DNA from: an uncultured bacterium
GTDB taxonomy: Bacteria; Oederibacteriota; Oederibacteriia; Oederibacteriales; Oederibacteriaceae
Length of the DNA stretch: 64,000 nucleotides
Assembly: GCA_965112635.1 (NCBI GenBank)
Contig: OZ218778.1
Location: forward strand, 1,312,001-1,376,000
Direction: 5' to 3'
In this document: positions 8,930 through 18,287 of the stretch, in pieces
Layout of the letters: every line of letters begins with the position of its first letter
Numbering within the stretch: the stretch's first letter is position 1
Made by a program: the position numbers and the translations under genes
The notes under the pieces: model-generated
What the model saw: only the letters and a program-made list of their open reading frames with translations
Told to the model about the DNA's origin: nothing
Databases searched by the model: none

Positions 8930-9663
8930 AAGAATACCAGCAGATCCCCATCCTGATGTACCACCACATTTCCCAGGGCCAGGCCACCAACCCCTGGACC
9001 GTCAGCTGGCCGGTTTTTGAGGCGCAGGTCAAGGCTTTGAAATCCTGGGGATACCACACCGTCACTTTTAAGGAGCTTCTGATGCATTTCAAGGCCGGCC
9101 AGCAGCTGCCTTCCCGACCGGTAATCCTGACCTTTGACGATGCTTTCGCTGAACTCTATCAGAATGTTTTCCCTTTCTTATTTGAACAGGATTTTACGGG
9201 AACGATCTTCGTCCCCACGGACAGGCTGGGCAAGACCAATGACTGGGACAAGGGCAAGGGGTATCCTGTGCTCAAGCTCCTAAACCCGAAGCAGCTCAGG
9301 GAGCTCTGCGGTCACGGCGCGGAAGCGGGTTCCCATGGACGAACCCACAGCTCTTTCGCCTCCCTGACGGTCAAAAAATTGCGGCAGGAACTCCAAGGGT
9401 CCAAAAAGAAGCTGGAAAAGATCACGGCCCAGCCTGTGCTGGCCCTGGCGTATCCTTACGGTCACTGGGATGAGCTGGTCATGACCCTGGCGCAGGAGGC
9501 CGGTTATCAGGCCGGGTGTGTCATTGATTCGCCGGCCAAAGACCAGCGTGACCACCCTTTTTTGATGCGCCGGGTGTTCGTCAAACCGACCGACGGGCTG
9601 TTGGCTTTGCGCCGCAAAATTTCCCAGTGGTATCTGTGGTGGCGCGGTATCAAGGGACATTAA
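8926..9663 (+). CDS. Polysaccharide deacetylase (CE4/NodB family)
   Basis: PILMYH, LTFDDA, GSHGRTH, AYPYG. Confidence 0.85.
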   Translation: MKEYQQIPILMYHHISQGQATNPWTVSWPVFEAQVKALKSWGYHTVTFKELLMHFKAGQQLPSRPVILTFDDAFAELYQNVFPFLFEQDFTGTIFVPTDRLGKTNDWDKGKGYPVLKLLNPKQLRELCGHGAEAGSHGRTHSSFASLTVKKLRQELQGSKKKLEKITAQPVLALAYPYGHWDELVMTLAQEAGYQAGCVIDSPAKDQRDHPFLMRRVFVKPTDGLLALRRKISQWYLWWRGIKGH

Positions 9664-9821
9664 TAGTCCGCTGAAAAAGTCCCCATTCGGGGACTATATA
9701 GAGTCTTTGTAGGGACTTTTTCAGCTCACTAAGAAGGATGTAGCTCCTCGATTTCAAAGGAAATCTCGGAGTAGCAGCCTGCTGTATGATCTTGAAAGAA
9801 TGTTTATTCAGCAGACTGCTA
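9664..9821. repeat. Two short terminal-inverted-repeat (MITE-like) relics plus a hairpin
   Basis: Perfect 14-bp IR GCTGAAAAAGTCCC 9670-9683 / 9712-9725; 12/13 IR TAGCAGCCTGCTG 9772-9784 / 9809-9821. Confidence 0.6.
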
Positions 9822-9847
9822 AGCAGCAAATAAAAGGAAGATGAAAT

Positions 9848-11023
9848 ATGTGGGGACAAATTAAAAAGAAGGTAGCCGATTGGTTCTTTGTCGCAGGGCT
9901 TTTTATCTCCAACTCCCTGGTCTATTTCATGGTGGGGGTGCTGGTCCTACGGTGGCTGAAGCAGAAGTTCTTCTCGTCGGTCGAAGAAAAGAGCGTCAAG
10001 CCCGATACCGGCGACAAGGTTTTGTTGTGGTTCCTAGGGTTATTTATTGGTTGGCGCGTCCTGTCTGTGATCTTTTCCATCAACTTCTCGCAGAGCTTGA
10101 ACGAGGCGGCCAGCCTGGGCCTTTTTGTCCTGCTTTACCTGTGCAGGACCCTGGCCCGGAACTTCCAGGATATCAAAAAGCTGGTTTTGGTCAATTTGAG
10201 CGTGGGTTTTTTGGCCTGTCTCTACGCTGTCGTCCAATACATCCGCCTGTCCCCGGAACACGCAGAGGGTTTTTACGGCGGTTACAGCATGTTCGCCACC
10301 TTTTTGGCCATGAACTTAACCCTCTTGGCCGCGTTCATTTTCAGCGAGAAAAATTTCAAGGTCAAAATATGGCTGACCGTCTTTTTCCTTGCCGCGGGAT
10401 TGGCTCTGCTGCTCACCAGGGAACGGGGGCCATGGCTTGGCGCCCTGCTCGGCCTGGTGGTCGCAGGCTTTCTGGTGCGGGACAAGCAATTTTGGGTGAC
10501 CCCTAGCCTTGCGGTCCTGCTGGTAGCCGTACTGGTCCTGGCCGCTGGTTTGCACGGGCCTGTTGTTTCCAAGATAAAGGATTTGGTCGCCCTTAAAAGC
10601 TCAGGCCGGACCGTGCTGTGGAAAGCCGCCCTGGAACAAACGCGGCAGCACCCTTTCCTGGGTTCCGGCATAAGCACTTTCCGCCAGGTTTGTTCCAGGG
10701 CCGTGGTAGAATGCCAAGACCCCAACGTGTCCGGGCCCCATAACGCTTTTTTGCAGATCGCTTTTGAGAGCGGGATTCCGGCCCTGCTTTTTTACCTTGG
10801 ATTTTGGGGGACTTTCTTATTCCAGGTCCGCAAGGTATACAATAAAACCAAAGGGGAAACCAGGGTCCTGGTTTCCGGGATGTTAGGGGTTTTTGCCGGC
10901 TATTTGCTGATGAGCTTTTTCGGGACCGGAGGGTCTGACATGGAATTGGTATACCTGTTCTTTTTGATGGGTATCACTTTGGGATTAAAACCCGGGCCCG
11001 CAAGAGTAAAAGGGGCAGCGTGA
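9848..11023 (+). CDS. O-antigen ligase-family membrane protein (WaaL-like)
   Basis: About 10-12 TM helices; TRERGPW, GRTVLWKAA, PFLGSG, PHNAFLQIAFESG. Confidence 0.8.
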   Translation: MWGQIKKKVADWFFVAGLFISNSLVYFMVGVLVLRWLKQKFFSSVEEKSVKPDTGDKVLLWFLGLFIGWRVLSVIFSINFSQSLNEAASLGLFVLLYLCRTLARNFQDIKKLVLVNLSVGFLACLYAVVQYIRLSPEHAEGFYGGYSMFATFLAMNLTLLAAFIFSEKNFKVKIWLTVFFLAAGLALLLTRERGPWLGALLGLVVAGFLVRDKQFWVTPSLAVLLVAVLVLAAGLHGPVVSKIKDLVALKSSGRTVLWKAALEQTRQHPFLGSGISTFRQVCSRAVVECQDPNVSGPHNAFLQIAFESGIPALLFYLGFWGTFLFQVRKVYNKTKGETRVLVSGMLGVFAGYLLMSFFGTGGSDMELVYLFFLMGITLGLKPGPARVKGAA

Positions 11024-11024
11024 A

Positions 11025-11618
11025 ATGAAAAAACTAAAAAGAGCCGTTTTTTTAGACAGGGACGGGACGATCAATAAAGAAAGGGGTTATATCAAAGACC
11101 CTAAGAAATTGGTCCTGTTGCCTCGAGCGGCTGAAGCCATCCGTTTGCTCAATCGAAGGTCCATTCCCGTGATCGTGGTGACCAACCAGTCCGGCATTGC
11201 CCGCAAGTACTATTCGGAAAACCAGATGCACCTGGTTAATGCCGCGTTGGTCAAAAAACTCCAGGCCAAGGACAGCTACGTGGATGCGATCTATTTTTGC
11301 CCGCACCACCCGGACTTTGGGGGCAAAAAGTACCGCAGGAAATGCAACTGCCGTAAGCCGGCTCCGGGTATGGTTCTAAAAGCCGCTAGAAAGTTCGGGA
11401 TAGACCCCAGGCGTTCCTATATGGCCGGGGATAAGATCGCGGATGTCAAGCTGGGGCAGGGGGTCGGGGCCAAGAGTATCCTCCTGCTTTCGGGATGGGG
11501 TCGGAAAGAGTGGCGCGAGAACAGGAATCTTTTCCAGCCCCTGCCTGATTACCGGACCACCACGCTGTGGCGCGCGGTGCAGTGGATCTTAAAAGACATG
11601 GAGCGCGGGAAAAAATAA
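11025..11618 (+). CDS. gmhB: D,D-heptose 1,7-bisphosphate phosphatase
   Basis: FLDRDGTIN, TNQSGIAR, CPHHP, CNCRKP, GDK. Confidence 0.9.
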   Translation: MKKLKRAVFLDRDGTINKERGYIKDPKKLVLLPRAAEAIRLLNRRSIPVIVVTNQSGIARKYYSENQMHLVNAALVKKLQAKDSYVDAIYFCPHHPDFGGKKYRRKCNCRKPAPGMVLKAARKFGIDPRRSYMAGDKIADVKLGQGVGAKSILLLSGWGRKEWRENRNLFQPLPDYRTTTLWRAVQWILKDMERGKK

Positions 11619-11656
11619 CATGGACCAGAATAACAGCCAGCAAACCTCAGGCAGCC

Positions 11657-12676
11657 ATGACCACTAATCAATACCAAAACATATTATTCATCCGGTTCCG
11701 GGGCATCGGGGATGTGCTGCTCTCCACTCCCGCGGTCCACGCTTTTCGGGAGGCCAATCCCAAGGCCAGGATAGTTTATTTGACGGAAAAAGAAGCCGCC
11801 GAAGCCTTGTACGGCAACCCGGATATTGACGATGTGCTAGTCTATCCCAGGGACAAGACCAGGAAGGTGTCCTGGAAGGACAAAGTCCACGGGTTATGGA
11901 GCTTGGTCGGATATTTTCTCTCCCATCGTTTTGACCTGTGTCTGGATTTCAGGGGGGATGTCAAAAGCGTGATCTTCAGCCTGCTTTCCAAAGCCAGGCT
12001 GAGGGTTGGATACGAATACAGGGTGCGCCAGTGGTTTTATAGCAAGGTCATCAGGAATTCCCTTTTTCCCAAGAGGCTGCCGGCCTATCAGTTTTATCTC
12101 AAGGCTGCGGAGGGGTGCGGCTGTAAAATAGGGAGGCCAAAACTAATTTTCCAAGTTTCTGCTGAAGCGCGGAAGTGGGCGGAGAAATTCCTCAAAGAAC
12201 AAGTTGAGGGGCGCTCTTTGCGCTTGGCCGGATTTAATCCAGGCGGGACCCATCCCGCCAAGTTGTGGCCCCTTTCCAATTTTATCGGACTGGCGGAGAT
12301 TATAGAAAAGCGTTTTGGGTTAGTCCCCGTTTTTTTTGCGGGTCCCTATGAAAACCAGCAGGCCCGCCAGATCGCTGATTTTTTGGAACGGAAAAAGGGT
12401 GTGTTGGTCAGACCCAAGAACCTCCAGCATTACGGCGCCCTGCTCCAAAAATGCCGTATCTTTATCAGTAACGATTCGGGACCCCTGCATTTGGCCGAGG
12501 CGCTGGCCGTACCGACCCTAGGCCTATTCGGAGGCAGTGACCCGGAGGTGTGGTTCGCCTACGGAAAAGAGCAGGGAGACCTGACCGCCGGAAACTTGGG
12601 AAGAGATATCAAGACTGTCACAGTGGGAGAAGTTCTGGATAAGGTTAAAAAACTTATTAGCAAGAGGAAGTTATGA
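11657..12676 (+). CDS. GT9 glycosyltransferase (heptosyltransferase family)
   Basis: IRFRGIGDVL, NPGGTHPAKLWP, NDSGPLHLA; start taken at the ATG before TTNQ. Confidence 0.85.
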   Translation: MTTNQYQNILFIRFRGIGDVLLSTPAVHAFREANPKARIVYLTEKEAAEALYGNPDIDDVLVYPRDKTRKVSWKDKVHGLWSLVGYFLSHRFDLCLDFRGDVKSVIFSLLSKARLRVGYEYRVRQWFYSKVIRNSLFPKRLPAYQFYLKAAEGCGCKIGRPKLIFQVSAEARKWAEKFLKEQVEGRSLRLAGFNPGGTHPAKLWPLSNFIGLAEIIEKRFGLVPVFFAGPYENQQARQIADFLERKKGVLVRPKNLQHYGALLQKCRIFISNDSGPLHLAEALAVPTLGLFGGSDPEVWFAYGKEQGDLTAGNLGRDIKTVTVGEVLDKVKKLISKRKL

Positions 12677-13752
12677 AAGTTACGGGCAGGCAGCCGAAAT
12701 TTGAGCCGGAAAAGATAAAAAAAATATTGGTTATCCGTTTGATGTCCCTGGGAGACGTGATCCTGTCCACCCCGGCCCTGAGCGCCTTAAAGTCCCATTT
12801 TAGAAACGCTGAAATTTCCATGCTTGTGGACGATGCGTTTAGCGACGCGATCCTGGAGCACCAGGCCCTGACCCAAGTTTTTGCTTTGCCCCGCCGGCAG
12901 ATGCGCAAACTTCCGTTCATGGCCAGAATGAGAGAAGAAGTTAAATGGTTCCAAAAAATAAGAGGTGAAAAATTCGATCTCGTGGTGGACCTCCAAAACA
13001 CGCCCCGGTCCATGTGGTATACCTTATTTTCGGGGGTTCCGTTACGCGTGGGGTTGGGACACCGCAAGAGGGGTTTTGCCTACAACTACCGAGTTTATCC
13101 GGAAAATCGCTATGCCGTGGAAGTCAATCTTGACCCGGTCAGAGCCCTAGGCGCACCAGTAACGGACAAGCGGCTCAGAGTTGTTCTCAGGCCCGAAGCT
13201 GAACAAAAGGTAGAGAAGTTTTTGAAAGCGCAGGGGATCGAAAAAGGAGATAAGCTTGTCGCTTTCCATGTCGGGGGAGGGTGGCCGGCGAAATTTTGGC
13301 CCGCTTCTTATTTCCAGCAACTAGCCTGGCTCATCCAGCAGGAAAATACGAGCAAGATCGTCTTGCTGCAAGGACCCAAGGAAGAACAGGTAGTACCGCA
13401 GATCGCAGCAGGGATGCGGCAGCGTCCCTTGGTGGCGAAAGATTTTTCCATCCAGGAGACCGGAGCCTTGCTTAAACGTTGCTCTATCCTGGTCACGGAC
13501 GATACAGGGCCCATGCACCTGGGGCTGGCTTTGCAAGTCCCGACCATCGGGCTTTTCGGCCAGGAGTATAAGGACCTGTGGTTCCCGCCTCAGGGCACGG
13601 TCAAAGATTATGCCGGCTATGAGAAGGCGGTGGCGTTGCAGCATTTGGTCTGGTGTAGCCCCTGCCATTTAGATGAGTGCGGCCGGCTGGAATGCCTCAA
13701 GGGAATTAGCCCGGCCGAGGTTTGGCAGGAAATGAAAAGGCTTGTGGGCTGA
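12673..13752 (+). CDS. GT9 glycosyltransferase
   Basis: IRLMSLGDVI, GGGWPAKFWP, DDTGPMHL, C-terminal CSPC..C..C. Confidence 0.85.
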   Translation: MKVTGRQPKFEPEKIKKILVIRLMSLGDVILSTPALSALKSHFRNAEISMLVDDAFSDAILEHQALTQVFALPRRQMRKLPFMARMREEVKWFQKIRGEKFDLVVDLQNTPRSMWYTLFSGVPLRVGLGHRKRGFAYNYRVYPENRYAVEVNLDPVRALGAPVTDKRLRVVLRPEAEQKVEKFLKAQGIEKGDKLVAFHVGGGWPAKFWPASYFQQLAWLIQQENTSKIVLLQGPKEEQVVPQIAAGMRQRPLVAKDFSIQETGALLKRCSILVTDDTGPMHLGLALQVPTIGLFGQEYKDLWFPPQGTVKDYAGYEKAVALQHLVWCSPCHLDECGRLECLKGISPAEVWQEMKRLVG

Positions 13753-13769
13753 GAAGGGATGGGAAGAGC

Positions 13770-14822
13770 ATGGTTTTGGAAAACATCCGAAAAATATTCA
13801 TCATCCGGTTCAACGGCGTGGGGGACATTATCATGACTATGCCGTCCCTCAGGGCCCTGAAGCAGGCCTACCCCCAGGCCCAGATCACCTGGCTGGTGGA
13901 CGAACGGTGCAAACAGGCCATCGAAAAAGAGCCGCTGGTGAACGAGGTCATTTCTATCCATCGGCGCAAGCTGCAGGAGATGCCCAAGCTGGAAGCGCTC
14001 AAAAAACTTTGGGGTCTGATCCGGTGGATAAGGTCGCAGCGGTTCGATCTTTGTGTCGACCTCCAAGGCTTTAGCGAAACCAGCCTGCTCACCCTGGTCA
14101 GCAGAGCGCGATACCGGGTGGGGCATAGGGTCAAACCGGGGATCGTGGACAGGTCTGAACACCAGGGGTGGGCTTACAACATCCCTGTCAAACTGCCGGC
14201 TAGGACCTTTCACAGGGTGGAGTATTTTTTTGAAATCGTAAGAGCGGTCGGGGGCGTTATCAGAGACCCTAAGCTATTTTTCTTTGTTCCACAAAGGAAA
14301 AATGAGTGGGCTCGGGATTTTTTGTTGAAACAGGGGGTAAAAAAAGCGGATATTTTAATAGGGTTAAATCCTGGCCCAGGCGGTACCGCCAAGATATGGA
14401 GCGCCAAGAATTTTGCCAGCCTGGCCGACTTGCTGGTCAAAAAAATGAGGGCCAAGGTTTTGCTCAGGGGATCCCCAGGCGATGAGGCCCTTTGCGAGAA
14501 GATCCGGTCCATGATGAGGACCAAGCCTGTCATGGCCAGCCCCACGGACCTGTACGAACTGGGAGCCCTGGCTTCCCGATGCAATGTTTTTGTTTCCAAC
14601 GACACGGGCCCCATGCATCTGGCCGTGGCCATGCAGACACCCACTCTGGGTTTGTTCGGGATGTCCAGGCCGGAACTTTCCGGACCTTGGGGAGCAGGAC
14701 ACCAATCCTTGTCTGTGAACGATTACCGGCAGGAGGGAGATATGGATAAGATCACCCCGGAGGGGGCTTTTATGAAAATAAAGTCGATGCTCCGCCAGCC
14801 ACGGGAAAGAAAAGGACACTAA
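13770..14822 (+). CDS. GT9 glycosyltransferase
   Basis: IRFNGVGDII, NPGPGGTAKIW, NDTGPMHLA. Confidence 0.85.
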   Translation: MVLENIRKIFIIRFNGVGDIIMTMPSLRALKQAYPQAQITWLVDERCKQAIEKEPLVNEVISIHRRKLQEMPKLEALKKLWGLIRWIRSQRFDLCVDLQGFSETSLLTLVSRARYRVGHRVKPGIVDRSEHQGWAYNIPVKLPARTFHRVEYFFEIVRAVGGVIRDPKLFFFVPQRKNEWARDFLLKQGVKKADILIGLNPGPGGTAKIWSAKNFASLADLLVKKMRAKVLLRGSPGDEALCEKIRSMMRTKPVMASPTDLYELGALASRCNVFVSNDTGPMHLAVAMQTPTLGLFGMSRPELSGPWGAGHQSLSVNDYRQEGDMDKITPEGAFMKIKSMLRQPRERKGH

Positions 14823-14825
14823 GCC

Positions 14826-15893
14826 ATGCCTCAAAAAACTTCCCCTAAAATTTTGGTGAGCCGGACAGACCACCTGGGAGATGTGTTGTTGGCAACCCCT
14901 GTGGCGACGGTTCTAGCGAGGATTTTTCCTGACGCCAGGATAGATTTTTTGTGCGACCCAGGTTGCGAAGCTGTGCCGCGCCACCATTCCAATGTCAGCG
15001 AGGTCATCACATTCCCCAGCCGAGACAAAGGACTGTCCGTGGAACGGCTCCTGGAGTTGGTTAGAGCGTTGAGGTCGAGGCAGTACGACCTGGCGGTCTT
15101 GGTTTACCCGGACTGGCGGGTGGCTTTGGCTTGCTGGCTGGCCAGGATCCCCCTCCGAGTTGGAACTGGTTTTCGGCTTTACTCTTTTTTATTCAACAAG
15201 AAAGTCTTTTTTCACCGTTCCAGAGGAAAGCGACGCCACGAAATCCTTTATAACCTCGAACTGCTCAAGGCCCTGCGACCAGGGATAACACCTTTGGAAA
15301 AGGAGTTAAGCCCAAGATTCCAGCTATCGAGCCAGGAGGAATCAAGGGTCGAGCAGTGGCTGCGGGTGAAAAGTTTATGGAAAAAAAGATATATTGTCAT
15401 TCATGCCGGCAGTTTTGGCTCCGCTCTGAATTGGGGTCCGGAAAAATATGGAGAAGCGGCGCGGGCCCTGGCGAAAAAGTATGGCGCGAAGGTGGTGCTG
15501 ACCGGAACGGCTGCCGAAAATGAGCTGGCCCGGAAGGTTGCCGGGGTCGCCACGGTTCCCTGTCTTGATTTGACCGGACAGACTGACCTTGTGCTTTTGG
15601 CTGGACTTTTCAGATATAGTTTGCTGGTATTGGGGTGCAGCACCGGCCCTTTGCATTTAGCCGCTGCTGTGGGCGGCTCAGTCATCGGTTTATATTGTCC
15701 CATTTCGGTTTGCGGACCCTGGAGGTGGAGGCCTTGGGGTGAAAAAGTCGAAGTTGTCTTATCCGCGCCGTATATGGACTGCCCTGTTTGCATTAAACAA
15801 AAATGTCCATATTATGATTGCATGAACCTTATCTCCATTTCGCAGGTCTTAGACGCGGGAGAGCGTCTGCTTGGACAAAAGGGGAAGTCTTGA
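14826..15893 (+). CDS. GT9 glycosyltransferase
   Basis: SRTDHLGDVL, HAGSFGSALNW, STGPLHLA, C-terminal CPVC..C..C. Confidence 0.85.
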   Translation: MPQKTSPKILVSRTDHLGDVLLATPVATVLARIFPDARIDFLCDPGCEAVPRHHSNVSEVITFPSRDKGLSVERLLELVRALRSRQYDLAVLVYPDWRVALACWLARIPLRVGTGFRLYSFLFNKKVFFHRSRGKRRHEILYNLELLKALRPGITPLEKELSPRFQLSSQEESRVEQWLRVKSLWKKRYIVIHAGSFGSALNWGPEKYGEAARALAKKYGAKVVLTGTAAENELARKVAGVATVPCLDLTGQTDLVLLAGLFRYSLLVLGCSTGPLHLAAAVGGSVIGLYCPISVCGPWRWRPWGEKVEVVLSAPYMDCPVCIKQKCPYYDCMNLISISQVLDAGERLLGQKGKS

Positions 15894-17002
15894 AAAATAC
15901 AGTCGGAAAAATTGTGGTCATGGCCGCGGGGATCACGGCCGCTTTAGTAATGGGATGCGGAGGCCCGGGTCATTTAGTCATCATAAAACCGGCTCCCACA
16001 CCAGAGGTTACTCAACCGGTTAAGGTCATGGTGTTCCCCGAACTGGCCACCTCTCCCTCGCCAACTCCGGTCATAGTGCTAACCCCTGCGGCAGGACCTT
16101 CCGCGATCACCTATGTCGTCAAAAAAGGAGATACTTTAAAGAAAATAGCCAAGCGGTTCACCGGCAGTTCTTACGAAGCCAAGCGCATCGCCCTGGAGAA
16201 TAATATCAAGGATGGCAGCAGCCTGGAGGCAGGCCAGCGTATTATCATCACCACGCGAATGAAAAAGGGCAAACCCCTAGCCCTGCAGACGGCCAGCACT
16301 AATACTTTTACGCCGACCCCGTCCTTTGCTCATATTGAAAACCACGCTTTCGCGGTAGGGGAGAAGTATGTGTTTTCCGTGGAATGGATGGGCGTTTCAG
16401 GCGGGACCGCCACCATGGAAGATAAGGAAATGGTCAGTATCAACGGCAGGCTTTGTCATCATATCGTCTGCCAGGCTTTTTCCTCGCCGTTTTTTTCCAC
16501 TTTTTTTACGGTGAAGGACCAGATTGATTCCTATATGGATGCAGACGGGCTTTTTCCCTGGCGTTATGAAAAACGGTTGAATGAAGGGTCTTTTAAGGCC
16601 GATATCTTTGTGACCTACGACCAGTACGAGCATGTAGCCATTGAAAAGAACAAGACCATCACTTTACCCCCAGAATCCCAGGATGTGGTTTCCTGCTTCT
16701 ACTATTACCGGGCCTTGCCTTTATCCGAAGACAAACCGGTCTATATCAAAACTTATGCTGATGGAAAGAACTGGGAATTGCAGGTGCAATTTATTCGAAG
16801 GGAGACCGTCAAGGTCCCTGCGGGGGAGTTTAAATGTATCGTGGTCAAGCCCCTCCTGAAATTTGCGGGGGTTTTTCAGCAAAAAGGGGACGTGATGATC
16901 TGGCTTACCGATGACGCCCATCACATTCCAGTCCTTGTAAAAAGCAGGATCATCATCGGCTCTATCGATATTGTGCTCAAAGAAGCTTCGGTGGTTGAAT
17001 AA
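15890..17002 (+). CDS. Predicted lipoprotein: LysM domain + DUF3108-like domain
   Basis: Lipobox-like ALVMGC; LysM YVVKKGDTLKKIA...NNI...LEAGQRI; DUF3108-like ETVKVPAGEFKC, IWLTDDAHHIPV; TTG start overlapping the upstream stop. Confidence 0.7.
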   Translation: MKNTVGKIVVMAAGITAALVMGCGGPGHLVIIKPAPTPEVTQPVKVMVFPELATSPSPTPVIVLTPAAGPSAITYVVKKGDTLKKIAKRFTGSSYEAKRIALENNIKDGSSLEAGQRIIITTRMKKGKPLALQTASTNTFTPTPSFAHIENHAFAVGEKYVFSVEWMGVSGGTATMEDKEMVSINGRLCHHIVCQAFSSPFFSTFFTVKDQIDSYMDADGLFPWRYEKRLNEGSFKADIFVTYDQYEHVAIEKNKTITLPPESQDVVSCFYYYRALPLSEDKPVYIKTYADGKNWELQVQFIRRETVKVPAGEFKCIVVKPLLKFAGVFQQKGDVMIWLTDDAHHIPVLVKSRIIIGSIDIVLKEASVVE

Positions 17003-17054
17003 GGGATCGGAAAAGATTTTTGGCGCAAGAAAAATTGATTGATGGACCTGCGGG

Positions 17055-18068
17055 ATGACCGACAAAGCACCCCAAAACATTCTACTGATCCAATACGGAT
17101 CCATAGGCGACACGCTGCTCACCACTCCTGTCGTTAAAGCGGTGAAAAAACATTTTCCTCGGAGTTTTGTTGGATATGTCGTAGAACCTTTGAGCGCTCC
17201 GGTCATCCAGCACAATCCTTTTGTTGATCATGTCTTTGTCAAGCCGTGGGATATCCGTCTTCCTATTACCTACTGGGGTAAATATTTGTGGCAGCGACAA
17301 TTCCTTCGGGAGTTGAGGAGCAGGGAGTTCGACCTGATCGTCGACCTGGAAAGCAATTATCGCACTCGTTATCTCTCCCTGCTGGTGAGAGCCAAGGCCA
17401 GGGCCGGTTTTAGGATCAAAGGGAGAAGGGGATGGCTCAATCTCTTTTATCAAACTTTGGTAGAGAGGGATGAAGTGCAGCCTTACCGCCGAGACCAGTA
17501 TCGGGGGTTGGTGCAGAGGCTGGGTATCCCAGCTCCCTATGAAAACCTAGAGTTTTATCCTGACCACCAAGCCGAACCAAAGGTTATGCGTTTTTTCCGA
17601 GACAAGAAACTAGCTGGAAAAAGGAACATCGTTGGGGTCAACAGCGGTGGGCCGCTGGGTTCAGAATGGAAATTCTGGCCCTCTACGAAGTTTGCGGCTC
17701 TTTGTGATCTTTTGCAGGATGCCGGTTGTCCTGTGATCTTAACAGCAGGACCGGGTGAAGCTGATTATGTGAAAAAATGCCAAGGCCGCTGCCGCCAAAA
17801 ACCTTTGATTTTTGAGGCGAGCAGTCTTTCCGAGTATGCCTATTTTATGGACAGGCTGAAGCTTTTTGTCACTATTGATAGCGGCGCCAAACATTTAGCC
17901 CAAGCACGGAAAACCGCGACCCTAACTTTTTTCGGAGGCAGCAATGATGCCAGGCAGTGGCACCCTCCTGGGGTCGCGCTGCACCCCTATCTATACCAAC
18001 AAACGATAGAGGAGATCCCTGTCCGCGACGCTTTTAAAGTTTGTTTGGATCTTTTGGGCAAGTCATAG
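17055..18068 (+). CDS. GT9 glycosyltransferase
   Basis: IQYGSIGDTLL, KFWP, IDSGAKHLA. Confidence 0.85.
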   Translation: MTDKAPQNILLIQYGSIGDTLLTTPVVKAVKKHFPRSFVGYVVEPLSAPVIQHNPFVDHVFVKPWDIRLPITYWGKYLWQRQFLRELRSREFDLIVDLESNYRTRYLSLLVRAKARAGFRIKGRRGWLNLFYQTLVERDEVQPYRRDQYRGLVQRLGIPAPYENLEFYPDHQAEPKVMRFFRDKKLAGKRNIVGVNSGGPLGSEWKFWPSTKFAALCDLLQDAGCPVILTAGPGEADYVKKCQGRCRQKPLIFEASSLSEYAYFMDRLKLFVTIDSGAKHLAQARKTATLTFFGGSNDARQWHPPGVALHPYLYQQTIEEIPVRDAFKVCLDLLGKS

Positions 18069-18096
18069 AATCCTTGGAAAATCTCTCCTGCCCAGT

Positions 18097-18125
18097 TTGA
18101 CTTTGTCTGTTTTTGGTGGTAATTT
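18097..18125 (+). promoter_or_regulatory. Putative sigma70 promoter for the hldE-kds-pyrG operon
   Basis: TTGACT 18097-18102, 17 bp spacer, TGG-TAATTT 18117-18125. Confidence 0.35.
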
Positions 18126-18287
18126 CATAATGTTTTTGTTGGGTTCTAAGGATGAGTGGATGATCTCAGGAGACAGCATTCCTCAACAGTTTAAAGTAAT
18201 AAACGTTTTGCCCATACGACAATCCAGCCCTACAAGTCTCTCCAAAAAAGTTAAATAATAGGTGTTTTTTGATACGGGAGGTTTTTT

